This document shows, piece after piece, positions 40,419 to 50,120 of a stretch of DNA of 64,000 bases (positions are counted from its first letter, which is position 1; every line of letters starts with the position of its first letter). The notes under the pieces were generated by a model, which saw only the letters and a list, made by a program, of their open reading frames with translations, was not told the origin of the DNA and made no database searches. Position numbers and translations under genes: made by a program. The DNA comes from Chloroflexota bacterium (GTDB lineage: Bacteria; Chloroflexota; UBA11872; VXOZ01). The stretch is taken from the NCBI GenBank assembly GCA_964291655.2, contig OZ219801.1, positions 96,001-160,000 of the forward strand, written 5' to 3'.

Positions 40419-41126
40419 CTAGTCTACCTCCCGCGCGTAGAGTTCCAGAATGCTGCCCGCAAAGCCGGTGGCCTCCGGTGAAGCAAGAAACACCAAGGCG
40501 TTGGCAAATTCGTCGAGGCTCACGGCGTTGCGCATGTCTTCTTCATCGAGGTATTGTTCCGCCTCCACGGTTGCGATCGTGCCCGCCACAAGGCACGTTG
40601 GTACAATGCCGCGCTGCTTGTAGTCGCGCGCCACACCTTTGGTGAACGTGACCACCGCGGCCTTACTCGCACCGAAGAGCGCGCGTCCCGGCGCCGGATC
40701 AAAGGCGCTGCCTCCGGCGATCGTGATGATATGTCCGTGCCCCTGCGCCAGCATCGCCGGCAGAACCGCGCGCACAAGATTGTAGCTCGTGTAGAGGTTC
40801 GCCTCGATCTGATGTTGCAAGTCCGCCAAGGTCGTCTCTGTTACCTCGCGTTGATCGAAGCTGCCGGAGAGGAGCGTCGCCGCATCCAAGTGCCCAAACG
40901 CGGCGCAGGTCTGCTCTACTGCGGAATTGGCTTGATCAGCCTCTGCGAGGTCCGCCTCTATGCCCAGCACCGTATCCCCATGTGGAATCCGGCTCAACGC
41001 AGCCTGCAGGCGGTCACGATTGCGTGCAGTGGTTGCCACCTGATAGCCGGCGTCGAGAAATGCCGAGATTACGGCCCCTCCTGTCCGGGCCGTCGCACTT
41101 CCGATTAGAATTATTCGAGCTTCCAT
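40419..41126 (-). CDS. Atypical SDR-family protein
   Basis: FGHLD, ANL, FGASKAAV, VFLAS SDR scaffold; catalytic Tyr replaced. Confidence 0.8.
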   Translation of the reverse strand: MEARIILIGSATARTGGAVISAFLDAGYQVATTARNRDRLQAALSRIPHGDTVLGIEADLAEADQANSAVEQTCAAFGHLDAATLLSGSFDQREVTETTLADLQHQIEANLYTSYNLVRAVLPAMLAQGHGHIITIAGGSAFDPAPGRALFGASKAAVVTFTKGVARDYKQRGIVPTCLVAGTIATVEAEQYLDEEDMRNAVSLDEFANALVFLASPEATGFAGSILELYAREVD

Positions 41127-41205
41127 AGGACACCTTTCTCCCAAGCCCGCGCAATACTCTCCCCTCACAAGAGATCGCAAGCTGTGTGCGCAGTCACACT
41201 CGCAC

Positions 41206-41217
41206 GTGAACGTTCAC
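41206..41217. promoter_or_regulatory. Palindrome GTGAACGTTCAC, possible LacI-family operator
   Basis: Perfect 12-bp palindrome with central CG upstream of the SDR gene. Confidence 0.3.
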
Positions 41218-41322
41218 CGATTTCACCCTCGCATGTTTTCCGGTTGAGGAATCCCGTAAGGACGCTAGACGCTCTAAACTATTAGCAGAGATTTCGCCCA
41301 AGCAACTTGCCGCGAATAAGGA

Positions 41323-42291
41323 TTACTTTGCCGCAAGAGCATAGCAGGCATCCACCAGCACCATAGCGCGGTGCATGTCTTCTAGACTAGCCAGAGGTTC
41401 GTGTCCTTCACGGTACGCCTGCAGCGTACTCTTGACAAAATCCTGGTAAAGTCCAGGTACAGAGTGGCCGCCGCGCTCCTCAATACCTTTGTCTGTAACG
41501 ATGCTGGTAGCGCCGTCGCGATAGGTAACGTAAGTTGATCCGTCGCTCACGTTCCACACCACGTCTGCGGCATCCGCCGGGTACGTATATGCTACCTCAA
41601 CCACCGCAAATGCACTGTCATCGCCGCAGAATGTGACGTTGGCGTACTCTTCAACCGGGACCCCCGGCGTAATGCGCTGCAGTTGGACGGACCCGATACG
41701 TACCTCCTGGCTGCCAGTGAACCAGGAGAAGAGGTCGGCGTAGTGCACACCGAGATTGCGCAAGGCGCCGCCACCGGATTCTTCCGCCTTCAGCATCCAT
41801 GGACAGCCCGAATCCACGTATCGCTGTACCGGTCCCCCGGCGTAGCGAAAATGCGCATGCTGAATCTGCCCCATGCGCCCATTGTCGCGCAACTCCTTCA
41901 CGGCTTGAGAAAAAGGCGCCGCGCGATTCGTGAGCGGAATGGCGACAAAGACGTCATTTTGCTTAGCAAGTGCGATCAACCGTTCGAATTGGCTGGCGTC
42001 GGTGCCGAGAGGTTTTTCAATTACGAATGGAATGTGCCGCTCGATCAATTGGGTGGCGATCTCCGGCTGCAGCCGGTAGCGTCCAAACGAAAAGACGAAG
42101 TCGGGCTTCTCTCTCTCCAGGAGTTCCACATAGTCCGTATACGGCGTACAGCCTGCGTACTGCCTGGAGAACCGTTCGGCATAGCTGGGCTGCTCGTCAG
42201 AAACGGCCACCGGCGTGATACCAAGCGCGCCAAATGCAGGTAAGTAAAGCGGTACGTGCCAGTGGCTGATCTCCAGTATCGCAATGCGCAT
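41323..42291 (-). CDS. Gfo/Idh/MocA family oxidoreductase
   Basis: IEKP, SGGGALRNLGVHYAD. Confidence 0.88.
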   Translation of the reverse strand: MRIAILEISHWHVPLYLPAFGALGITPVAVSDEQPSYAERFSRQYAGCTPYTDYVELLEREKPDFVFSFGRYRLQPEIATQLIERHIPFVIEKPLGTDASQFERLIALAKQNDVFVAIPLTNRAAPFSQAVKELRDNGRMGQIQHAHFRYAGGPVQRYVDSGCPWMLKAEESGGGALRNLGVHYADLFSWFTGSQEVRIGSVQLQRITPGVPVEEYANVTFCGDDSAFAVVEVAYTYPADAADVVWNVSDGSTYVTYRDGATSIVTDKGIEERGGHSVPGLYQDFVKSTLQAYREGHEPLASLEDMHRAMVLVDACYALAAK

Positions 42292-42538
42292 GTTTTGTTC
42301 TCGCTCCCAAGGAAAATTCTATTCACCAGATCTTGCGGCCCTCGCGGGATCAACCATTGAGCGCTCGGGCCGACGCCGCTTTGCCAATGGAAAACAGGGC
42401 ATCTGCAAAGTCGATAAAAACCTTTTATGTCCAGTCGGGTTCGGCCAAGACCCTGTCGAACTATGAACTGCCCCATGGCAGGTTTAGGGCGTGAAGACAC
42501 CAGTGCGCGAATGACTCCTGCGAGTGCCCACTTAGCCT

Positions 42539-45322
42539 CTATTCTTCCTCAGCGGATCGGCTGCCCGCCAGCAGATTTCGCAAGACATACTGCAACACCC
42601 CGCCGTGAAGATAGTAGTCCACTTCGATGGGAGTGTTGATGCATGCGGTCGCCGAAAATTCTTTTTCATTTCCACGTGCGTCACGTGCACGCACTTTCAA
42701 AGTCTTGCGCGGCGACAATCCTGCTGCGATGCCTTCGATAGCATAGGTCTCCTTGCCGTTGAGGCCTAGAGACTCTGCATCTTCGCCTTCCTCATACTGC
42801 AATGGCAAAACGCCCATGCCGATGAGATTGCTGCGATGGATGCGCTCGTAACTTTCGGCGATAACGGCGCGCACACCGAGGAGCAGCGGACCCTTGGCAG
42901 CCCAGTCCCGGCTGGAACCCATGCCATAGTCCTTACCCGCAAGGAGGACAAGGGGCACCTCGTCACGCTCGTACTGCTTGGCAGCATCGTAGATGGTCAT
43001 TTCTTCTTCGCTTGGCAGGTGAAGCGTCCAGCCGCCCTCTCGTGAAACGAGTTGATTGCGCAGCCGCACATTGGCAAACGTGCCCCGCATCATGACCTCA
43101 TGGTTGCCCCGGCGCGAACCGTAGGAATTGAACTCCTTGGATTGCACGCCCTGGTCGATGAGGTACTTGCCCGCGGGGCTGTCTTTGGCGATTGAGCCTG
43201 CGGGCGAAATGTGATCGGTGGTCACCGAGTCGCCAAGCACCGCCAGCACACGCGCGCCCGCAATGTCGATCGGAGAGCCGGGCTCGGCCGCCATATCTGT
43301 AAAGAACGGCGGCTGACGCACGTAGGTAGACGATGGTTCCCACTCGAAAAGCCTACCTTCCGGCACTGCCAGGGTCTCCCACTCAGACATTCCCTCGAAG
43401 ACTTTGTCATATTGCGAGCGGAACATCTCCGCATCCACCACACGCGTCATTGCGTCGGCAATTTCGCGCTGGCTCGGCCAAATGTCGCGCAGGTAGACGG
43501 GCCGTCCTGCGCCATCGTGTCCGATGGGTTCGTTCGTCAAATCCGTATTGACCGTTCCGGCCAACGCGTACGCAACCACGAGAGGAGGCGAGGCGAGATA
43601 TGACGCCCGCACCAAGGGATGAATTCGTCCTTCGAAATTTCGGTTGCCGCTGAGCACCGCCGCCACTGCCATTTCGTGATCGCTGATCGTCTCTTCAAGT
43701 GGAGAAGCCAGCGGGCCGCTGTTGCCAATGCAGGTAGTGCAGCCGTAGCCTACGAGGTGAAAGCCAAGCGCTTCCAAATGCGGCACCAGGTCGAGCTTCT
43801 CTAAGTAGTCCATTACTACGCGCGAGCCGGGGGCCAAGCTCGTCTTTACCCACGGCTTGCGGCCAATGCCGGCGGCGACGGCATTCTTCGCCAAGAGGCC
43901 CGCGCCAATCATGACGGCAGGATTGGAGGTATTCGTGCAGCTTGTAATGGCCGCGATCACCACTGCGCCTTCGCCAATCCTGGCAGGCACGCCATCCAAC
44001 GAGACATCAACGCTTGCGGACGGATCCGCGACCGCAACCGAGCCGCCAGGTTGCGCAACTGTTGCCGCGACGCCGTTTCCTCCCCCACCAGCCCCGTTGC
44101 CATTGGTCTGTGCAAACTTGTCCGGATACGCCTCATGAAAGCTCTGCCGCACGCCGTGCAACGGCACACGGTCTTGGGGGCGTTTGGGTCCGGCCAGACT
44201 TGGCTCAACCGATGACAAGTCAAGTTCCAAGATGTCGGTAAACACCGGCTCCGCATCGGAGGGTCGGTAGAACATACCTTGTTCCTTGCAGTACGCCTCG
44301 ACGAGTTTAACCAGGTCTTTATCGCGCCCGGTAAGGCGCAGGTAGCGGAGCGTCTCGTCGTCTATCGGGAACATTCCCACAGTCGCGCCGTATTCCGGGG
44401 CCATGTTCGAAATCGTCGCGCGGTCCGGCAAGCTCAACGATGCCATGCCCGGGCCGCAAAACTCCACGAACTTGCCCACAACCCCATGCTGCCGCAGCAT
44501 CTGTGTCACGGTGAGTACGAGGTCGGTAGCGGTAGCGCCCTCCGGTAGCCGGCCGCTGAGCCGAAAACCGACCACATCCGGGACTAATAGAGAGATAGGC
44601 TGGCCGAGCATCACCGCTTCGGCCTCAATGCCGCCCACGCCCCAGCCCAGCACACCGAGACCGTTGATCATTGTCGTGTGGGAGTCTGTGCCCACGAGCG
44701 AATCCGGGTACGCCGTGAGCTCGCCGTCTCGCGCATCGGCAAAGACGACTTTTCCGAGATATTCCAGGTTGACCTGGTGAACGATTCCTGTGTCCGGCGG
44801 TACGATGCTGAAGTTGTCAAAAGCCTTCTGTCCCCAGCGCAGAAACGCGTAGCGTTCCTGGTTGCGGGCAAACTCTCGCTCGGCATTGATGGCGAAAGCC
44901 TCAGGCATACCGTACACGTCCACCTGCACCGAATGATCGATAATGAGATCGGCTGGTTGCAAAGGATTGATGCGATTGGGATCTCCCCCTAAGTCGCTGA
45001 TTGCTTCCCGCATCGCCGCCAGGTCTACCACCGAAGGCACGCCGGTAAAGTCCTGGAGGATCACGCGCGCAGGAGTGAAGTTGATCTCTCGCGCCTCGGC
45101 TTGATTTGGCTCCCAATTCGCAAGGGCAACCACGTCGTCGCGCAGCACCGAATGTCCGTCTTCGGTGCGCAGCAAGCTCTCGAGCAACACCTTGATAGAA
45201 AAAGGCAGCTGCGCCACGTTCCCAATTCCCAGGTCTTCAAGCGCCGCGAGACGGTAAATTGTGTGGGCGTTCCCACCAATAGAGATCGACGACTTGCTGT
45301 CAAAGCTATTCACAGTGCTCAT
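42539..45322 (-). CDS. acnA: Aconitate hydratase A
   Basis: LQDFTGVP, IDHSVQVD, GTDSHT, ITSCTNTSN, GYGCTTCIGNSG, SGNRNFEGR, GSSRDWAAKG. Confidence 0.97.
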   Translation of the reverse strand: MSTVNSFDSKSSISIGGNAHTIYRLAALEDLGIGNVAQLPFSIKVLLESLLRTEDGHSVLRDDVVALANWEPNQAEAREINFTPARVILQDFTGVPSVVDLAAMREAISDLGGDPNRINPLQPADLIIDHSVQVDVYGMPEAFAINAEREFARNQERYAFLRWGQKAFDNFSIVPPDTGIVHQVNLEYLGKVVFADARDGELTAYPDSLVGTDSHTTMINGLGVLGWGVGGIEAEAVMLGQPISLLVPDVVGFRLSGRLPEGATATDLVLTVTQMLRQHGVVGKFVEFCGPGMASLSLPDRATISNMAPEYGATVGMFPIDDETLRYLRLTGRDKDLVKLVEAYCKEQGMFYRPSDAEPVFTDILELDLSSVEPSLAGPKRPQDRVPLHGVRQSFHEAYPDKFAQTNGNGAGGGGNGVAATVAQPGGSVAVADPSASVDVSLDGVPARIGEGAVVIAAITSCTNTSNPAVMIGAGLLAKNAVAAGIGRKPWVKTSLAPGSRVVMDYLEKLDLVPHLEALGFHLVGYGCTTCIGNSGPLASPLEETISDHEMAVAAVLSGNRNFEGRIHPLVRASYLASPPLVVAYALAGTVNTDLTNEPIGHDGAGRPVYLRDIWPSQREIADAMTRVVDAEMFRSQYDKVFEGMSEWETLAVPEGRLFEWEPSSTYVRQPPFFTDMAAEPGSPIDIAGARVLAVLGDSVTTDHISPAGSIAKDSPAGKYLIDQGVQSKEFNSYGSRRGNHEVMMRGTFANVRLRNQLVSREGGWTLHLPSEEEMTIYDAAKQYERDEVPLVLLAGKDYGMGSSRDWAAKGPLLLGVRAVIAESYERIHRSNLIGMGVLPLQYEEGEDAESLGLNGKETYAIEGIAAGLSPRKTLKVRARDARGNEKEFSATACINTPIEVDYYLHGGVLQYVLRNLLAGSRSAEEE

Positions 45323-45537
45323 CAATTCCCTCGGATCACGTACCAAAGAATTCCAATACAGGTCTGAGGCTCACTCAGAGTTCTGAGTAGAGGATACTAT
45401 ACTCCGCTCATTTCAACACGTGATACGGTTGTACGGACCTTGTTGCCTCCCTACGGTGCTTCTTGTAGCAGGGGTGTTTGCGGGGTATAGTGAGCTCAAT
45501 TGGGCGCCAGACCACCGAGACATGGTGGAAATGCACA

Positions 45538-46368
45538 GTGAAACTCTCCCTGTCAGGTAGAATCGCCGAAGCCGAGGACGTAAAGGACTTCTCTTCTCTC
45601 GACTTTGGCGGCTTGGTGCAGCTTGCCGCCCGTGTCGGCTTCAACGCCGTTTGCGTGCGGCCCACACATCTATCTAGTGAAACTCCGCTTGAACGCGTGC
45701 GCGAAATGCGTGCCATCCTCGAGTGTCACGGATTAGCGGCCTCGATGGTCACCGCGGACTCTCGTGTGTCACGGGAAGGCAGCGTTCCTGACTCAGGCGC
45801 CCCGCTGCAAAATCTCGGACCAATTCTAGAACGCGCCAACGCTCTCGGTGCAGACCTCATTCGCGTGGGCGTGAAGAGTGTGGACGACGTGGTCTGGGCG
45901 CAGCGAGCAGCGGACCAAGCCCGCGAACTCGGCATTCGGCTCGCCCAACAGACTCACACCGGCACACCGTTTGAAACCGCCGCGGGCTGCCAGGAAATGA
46001 TCGCACGCATCAACCGAGCCAACTTCGGTCTCGTCCTCGAACCTGCAAACTTTGCGCTCTGTGGAGAGGACTATGGCGCGGCAGCCTTGGCTCCGGTCGG
46101 CCCGTCCGTCTTCAACGTCTATGTGCAGAACTTGCGGGTCACAGACCGCGGCGATTCCTCCGTCGAGACTAATCGCGGCAAGGTACGCTATGAACGGCTG
46201 ATAATTGGCGACCCGGCGGGAATTGACTTGCCGCGATTCTTTGACGGGCTTTCCGCTATTGCATATCACGGCTATGTGACCTCTCACCAACCCGCAATCC
46301 CGGCACTTTCCGAGCGCAGCCTGTGCGATCAGGTGTATGCATCGCTTGCCCGCTTCGTAGGTTCCTAG
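45538..46368 (+). CDS. Sugar phosphate isomerase/epimerase (xylose-isomerase-like TIM barrel)
   Basis: GFNAVCVR, GIRLAQQTH, NFGLVLEPAN, YHGYVTSH pattern. Confidence 0.7.
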   Translation: MKLSLSGRIAEAEDVKDFSSLDFGGLVQLAARVGFNAVCVRPTHLSSETPLERVREMRAILECHGLAASMVTADSRVSREGSVPDSGAPLQNLGPILERANALGADLIRVGVKSVDDVVWAQRAADQARELGIRLAQQTHTGTPFETAAGCQEMIARINRANFGLVLEPANFALCGEDYGAAALAPVGPSVFNVYVQNLRVTDRGDSSVETNRGKVRYERLIIGDPAGIDLPRFFDGLSAIAYHGYVTSHQPAIPALSERSLCDQVYASLARFVGS

Positions 46369-46394
46369 TGCCAGACCCAAACCCGCATAGTTCG

Positions 46395-46414
46395 TCTCTC
46401 TGACGTCAGAGAGA
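46395..46414. other. Perfect 20-bp palindrome TCTCTCTGACGTCAGAGAGA
   Basis: Read directly; 27 bp after the stop at 46368. Confidence 0.6.
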
Positions 46415-46635
46415 GGCTCCGATAGCTCTCCCCGTGTCCATCCGGAATTCAGGACAACCGAGTATTCTTCGGGCAGATAATTGCAAAGTATCTGTGTTCG
46501 CAGCACGCGACTAAGTTAAAAAAGCCTTGCGGCCTTGATGCAGCCGGCACTAGGTGACGCTATACTAACGACAATAGTCATTCCGCGTAGCACCGAAGCT
46601 CAAAATAGCAATTCTCACTATGGGAGGAAAAGGCC

Positions 46636-47052
46636 ATGGCATCGACTCTGGTTCACGTAGGAGTGCGCGCCAGTGACATTGACAAGACTATTCACTTTTG
46701 GCGTGACGCGCTCGGTCTTGAAGTAGTCAACGAACTGCACCACGGCTTTGATCTCAGTGACGGCTATCACAACTTTCGGGTCTTTCAACACGAGGGGCCG
46801 GACCGTCCGGCGCACGTGTCCGGTATGCTGGACTATCTTCATATTGGTGTGAAAGTTTCGGACTTGGCAGAGGCTGCCACACGGCTCGCCGACTTGGGGT
46901 ACGAGATATTCTGGGAAGGCGTGAGTGAAGGCCAAGAGTACTCGTACGACCCGTCCAAACCGCCTTCCGGCTCATTCAAAGTGGAAGACCCCGACGGTAT
47001 CGTGGTGGACGTCACCGCGAGCAGCGACCAGTGGCCGGGGGTGGACCTGTGA
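46636..47052 (+). CDS. VOC family protein
   Basis: HVGVRASD..FWRDALGL, HIGVKV, DPDGIVVD; GGAGG RBS. Confidence 0.88.
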   Translation: MASTLVHVGVRASDIDKTIHFWRDALGLEVVNELHHGFDLSDGYHNFRVFQHEGPDRPAHVSGMLDYLHIGVKVSDLAEAATRLADLGYEIFWEGVSEGQEYSYDPSKPPSGSFKVEDPDGIVVDVTASSDQWPGVDL

Positions 47053-48146
47053 GCGAGCAGTATCGGGTTGCCATCATCGGTACCGGCCGCATGGGCGGCC
47101 TCATCGAAGACGAGCAGGACATCCGGGGGTTCATGACGCCTTACGGCCACTATCCCGGCTATGCGTCCATGCCGGAGACGACGGTCGTCGCCGTTGCCAA
47201 CCGCGGCAAGGAGCGCCTTGAAAGATTCTGCAAGCGATTTGGTTTCTCCAACGGTTATCTCGACTACCGTGAGATGATTGCAAAGGAAAAGCCGGACATC
47301 GTCAGTGTTACCACGCCGTCATTTGCGCGCGCCGAACCGATCATATTCTGTGCCGAAAACGGCGTGCGGGGAATCTTTTCCGAAAAAGGTCTGTGCGCCT
47401 CGCTGGCAGAAGCGGACCGCATCCACGAGGCGGTGACGCGCAACAACGTCGCCTTCAATTGGGGCACGCAGCGGCGTCATCACGATGCTTACAAGCGGCT
47501 GCGCGCCGCCATTCTGGATGGAGCCATCGGCAAACCGCTGCACGCATTTGTGTACTTCTCCACGGACATCATCAAGCACCATCCACACACCATAGACGCT
47601 GCCAACATGATGCTAGGTGACCCGAAGCCGACATGGGTCGAGGGACGCTTGGTTGATCCCAGCGATCCACGTGTCAGGAACAACGAACGGGCGTCGGCTC
47701 CTTATGACTCTGAGAAACACGCCTTTGTGCCAAAGCAAGGCCAGGAAATTGCCGATCCCTTGGTGGACTTCTTCCGCATTGGCTACGAGACCGGTCAGGA
47801 AAGCTACTTTATTCCCACGCCCGGCCCGTTTGACGTGGAAGTACGCGGCACGGAGGGGCGTGCGCTTGCCTTGGACAACGGCATCAACACGCGCATACAG
47901 CGGCCGCTGCGACGCGGCGATGAATTGGAAGAGACGATCATCCATGCCATTGGCGATGGGCCGACGGTGACGAACATCCGCAATCTCATCCGCGAGATTG
48001 AGACCGGCGAGCGGACAGACGGCAATATCGACCGCGTCATGCAGACCGTGGAAGCCCAATTTGGCGTAGCGCATTCTTCGTTGCAAGGTGGCGCGCGCGT
48101 GTCGCTGCCGGTTGCTGATAGGAGTCTTTATATTCCGGGCGGCTAG
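47049..48146 (+). CDS. Gfo/Idh/MocA family oxidoreductase
   Basis: AIIGTGRMG, SEKG; GTGA coupling to the VOC gene. Confidence 0.88.
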   Translation: MSEQYRVAIIGTGRMGGLIEDEQDIRGFMTPYGHYPGYASMPETTVVAVANRGKERLERFCKRFGFSNGYLDYREMIAKEKPDIVSVTTPSFARAEPIIFCAENGVRGIFSEKGLCASLAEADRIHEAVTRNNVAFNWGTQRRHHDAYKRLRAAILDGAIGKPLHAFVYFSTDIIKHHPHTIDAANMMLGDPKPTWVEGRLVDPSDPRVRNNERASAPYDSEKHAFVPKQGQEIADPLVDFFRIGYETGQESYFIPTPGPFDVEVRGTEGRALALDNGINTRIQRPLRRGDELEETIIHAIGDGPTVTNIRNLIREIETGERTDGNIDRVMQTVEAQFGVAHSSLQGGARVSLPVADRSLYIPGG

Positions 48147-48240
48147 AGTCCGGCGCGTTAACTCGCAACAATTCCAGCCGATTGTAAACCTCCGCACTGG
48201 GGAAATCAAGGCAAACGGTTTGGCGCGATTGTAGATTGCC

Positions 48241-48329
48241 TGTCATTCCTGCCGATGGTTTGTAACTCAGGCATTGGCCGGGGTCCAGAGACAAGGAGTA
48301 GATAGATTTCCGCTTTTGCGGGAGTGACA
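48241..48329. repeat. Degenerate inverted pair of GTCA(T/C)TCCCGC-type elements
   Basis: TGTCATTCCTGC at left; AGATTTCCGCTTTTGCGGGAGTGACA at right. Confidence 0.6.
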
Positions 48330-48455
48330 GTTAGAGGCGGCATCCGGAAACTAAATTCAGCTACAAATTATGTAGATGTCGTCGGAAGTTTCGGTCAGAA
48401 GAGCAGTCTAGACTAAGTGGCATTAGGTGGCCCGTAAGCATGAGGAGTAGATAGG

Positions 48456-49532
48456 ATGGCAAAGACTTACCGCGCAGCGCTTATCGGCTGTAGCCGCATG
48501 GGAGCTTTCATAGACAACGAAGTGAGATCAAGCCGCTCAATAACGCTTCCCTACTCTCACGCTGCGGGCTATGAGGCATGTGAGCGTACCGATTTGATTG
48601 CCGGCGCTGATTTGCGGCAGGACGTGTTGGAGCAGTTTGGCAGCCGCTACAATGTGAGTTCCGACCACTGGTATACGAACTACCGCGACTTGATTGCCAA
48701 TGAGCAGCCGGACATTCTCAGCATTGCCACGCAACCGGAGCAACGCTGTGAAATCATCCTTCATGCAATTGAGCAAGGCGTCCGCGCGCTCTATGTGGAA
48801 AAACCTCTCTGCGCCTCGGTAGCGGAGGCCGAAGCCATACGCGACGCTGTCCGTGCCAACAACGTAGCCTTGAACATGGGCACCAATCGCCGCTGGCACA
48901 ACGGCTTTGAGGCGATGCGCGCCAAGATCAACTCGGGCGACTTTGGCGATCTCCGCACGCTCACCATATTCTCTACGGGAAGCTTCTTCAATACGGCAAG
49001 TCACTTCTTCGATCTCCTGCTGTATCTCAATAGCGATGTCGCGCCCAAATGGGTGCAGGCCTACGTCTTTCGTTTTGACGAGCTCGTCGTGGGCACGGAA
49101 GTGCGCGACGATCCCGCGGGCACGGGCACCATGATGTTTGAGAACGGCGTCTTGGGCTATGCTCTGGACGGTTCCAGACGCACTGAGTTCGAGGCAGTGT
49201 GCGGCAACGGTGTAATAACGGCGTTGAACAATGGCGCAGAAATTCGCACGCGCACGCAGGCGCCGGACTCATCAGCAGACGGGCCAAATCTAGACTTTGA
49301 TGAGGCAAGCAGCACGCTGAACCTCGTCAACGATCTTGTGCACGCGCTGGACACGGGTGAGCCAGTTCGTGGAGGGTCTGCCGTGGCCTATTGGAACACC
49401 CAGATCATTTTCGGGTTCATCGAGTCGCATCGGCGTGGAGGTGCGCGAGTCGAGCTCCCGTTGACTAACCATGACTTGCGATTCGTCCGGCACGACCACG
49501 TGGCACGCCAGCCGAAGTACGCACCCGGCTAG
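48456..49532 (+). CDS. Gfo/Idh/MocA family oxidoreductase (paralog 1)
   Basis: ALIGCSRMG, VEKP; 358 aa. Confidence 0.9.
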   Translation: MAKTYRAALIGCSRMGAFIDNEVRSSRSITLPYSHAAGYEACERTDLIAGADLRQDVLEQFGSRYNVSSDHWYTNYRDLIANEQPDILSIATQPEQRCEIILHAIEQGVRALYVEKPLCASVAEAEAIRDAVRANNVALNMGTNRRWHNGFEAMRAKINSGDFGDLRTLTIFSTGSFFNTASHFFDLLLYLNSDVAPKWVQAYVFRFDELVVGTEVRDDPAGTGTMMFENGVLGYALDGSRRTEFEAVCGNGVITALNNGAEIRTRTQAPDSSADGPNLDFDEASSTLNLVNDLVHALDTGEPVRGGSAVAYWNTQIIFGFIESHRRGGARVELPLTNHDLRFVRHDHVARQPKYAPG

Positions 49533-49572
49533 AGCCATGCAACCGGCCTCAGTCATTCCCTGCAAATGTCAG

Positions 49573-49816
49573 GTAATTCGTTGACAGATTTGAGAACAAA
49601 AGCAGCTGAACGCAGTACTCTACATGAACAGTACACATGTCATTCCGAACGGAGCGCAGCGAAGAGTCGCTCGGAGCGCGGAATCTAAGATGTTGAGCCT
49701 ATCGGGCGACACGTTGCATGGGCCCTAGATTCCGCGAACAGGGTTCGACGCTCCGCTCGGATTGACATGATCTGTCAACACTGCCAATTTGGGAGAGAAT
49801 TCTGTCAACGAATTAC
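49573..49816. mobile_element. MITE-like element with 16-bp terminal inverted repeats enclosing a palindromic pair
   Basis: GTAATTCGTTGACAGA / TCTGTCAACGAATTAC; flanks TCAG/TCAA; internal element at 49638-49767. Confidence 0.65.
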
Positions 49817-50120
49817 TCAACACATGCAATTCCCCGCGACAGTGGGGGTCTTGGAGGACGAACAAGAGGCCGCTGAATCCTAAATGGTGGCGTGGATGAA
49901 AGGCGATATTCAGGTGGGCCCGCTAGATCTAGTTTACGGGCGCTAATCAGTGGTACAAGCCAACCTGCCATGGCGAATAAGATGGGTTCCCGCCCTCATG
50001 GAAACAACGGACTCAGGCTGCTTCTGTCCTTCGACAGCGAAGACATAATGGCCGAGACTCCAGTGCCGTGAATCCATAGCTGCTGCCACTGCGCAATGCT
50101 TCATCTGAGGGGTTTCAACT

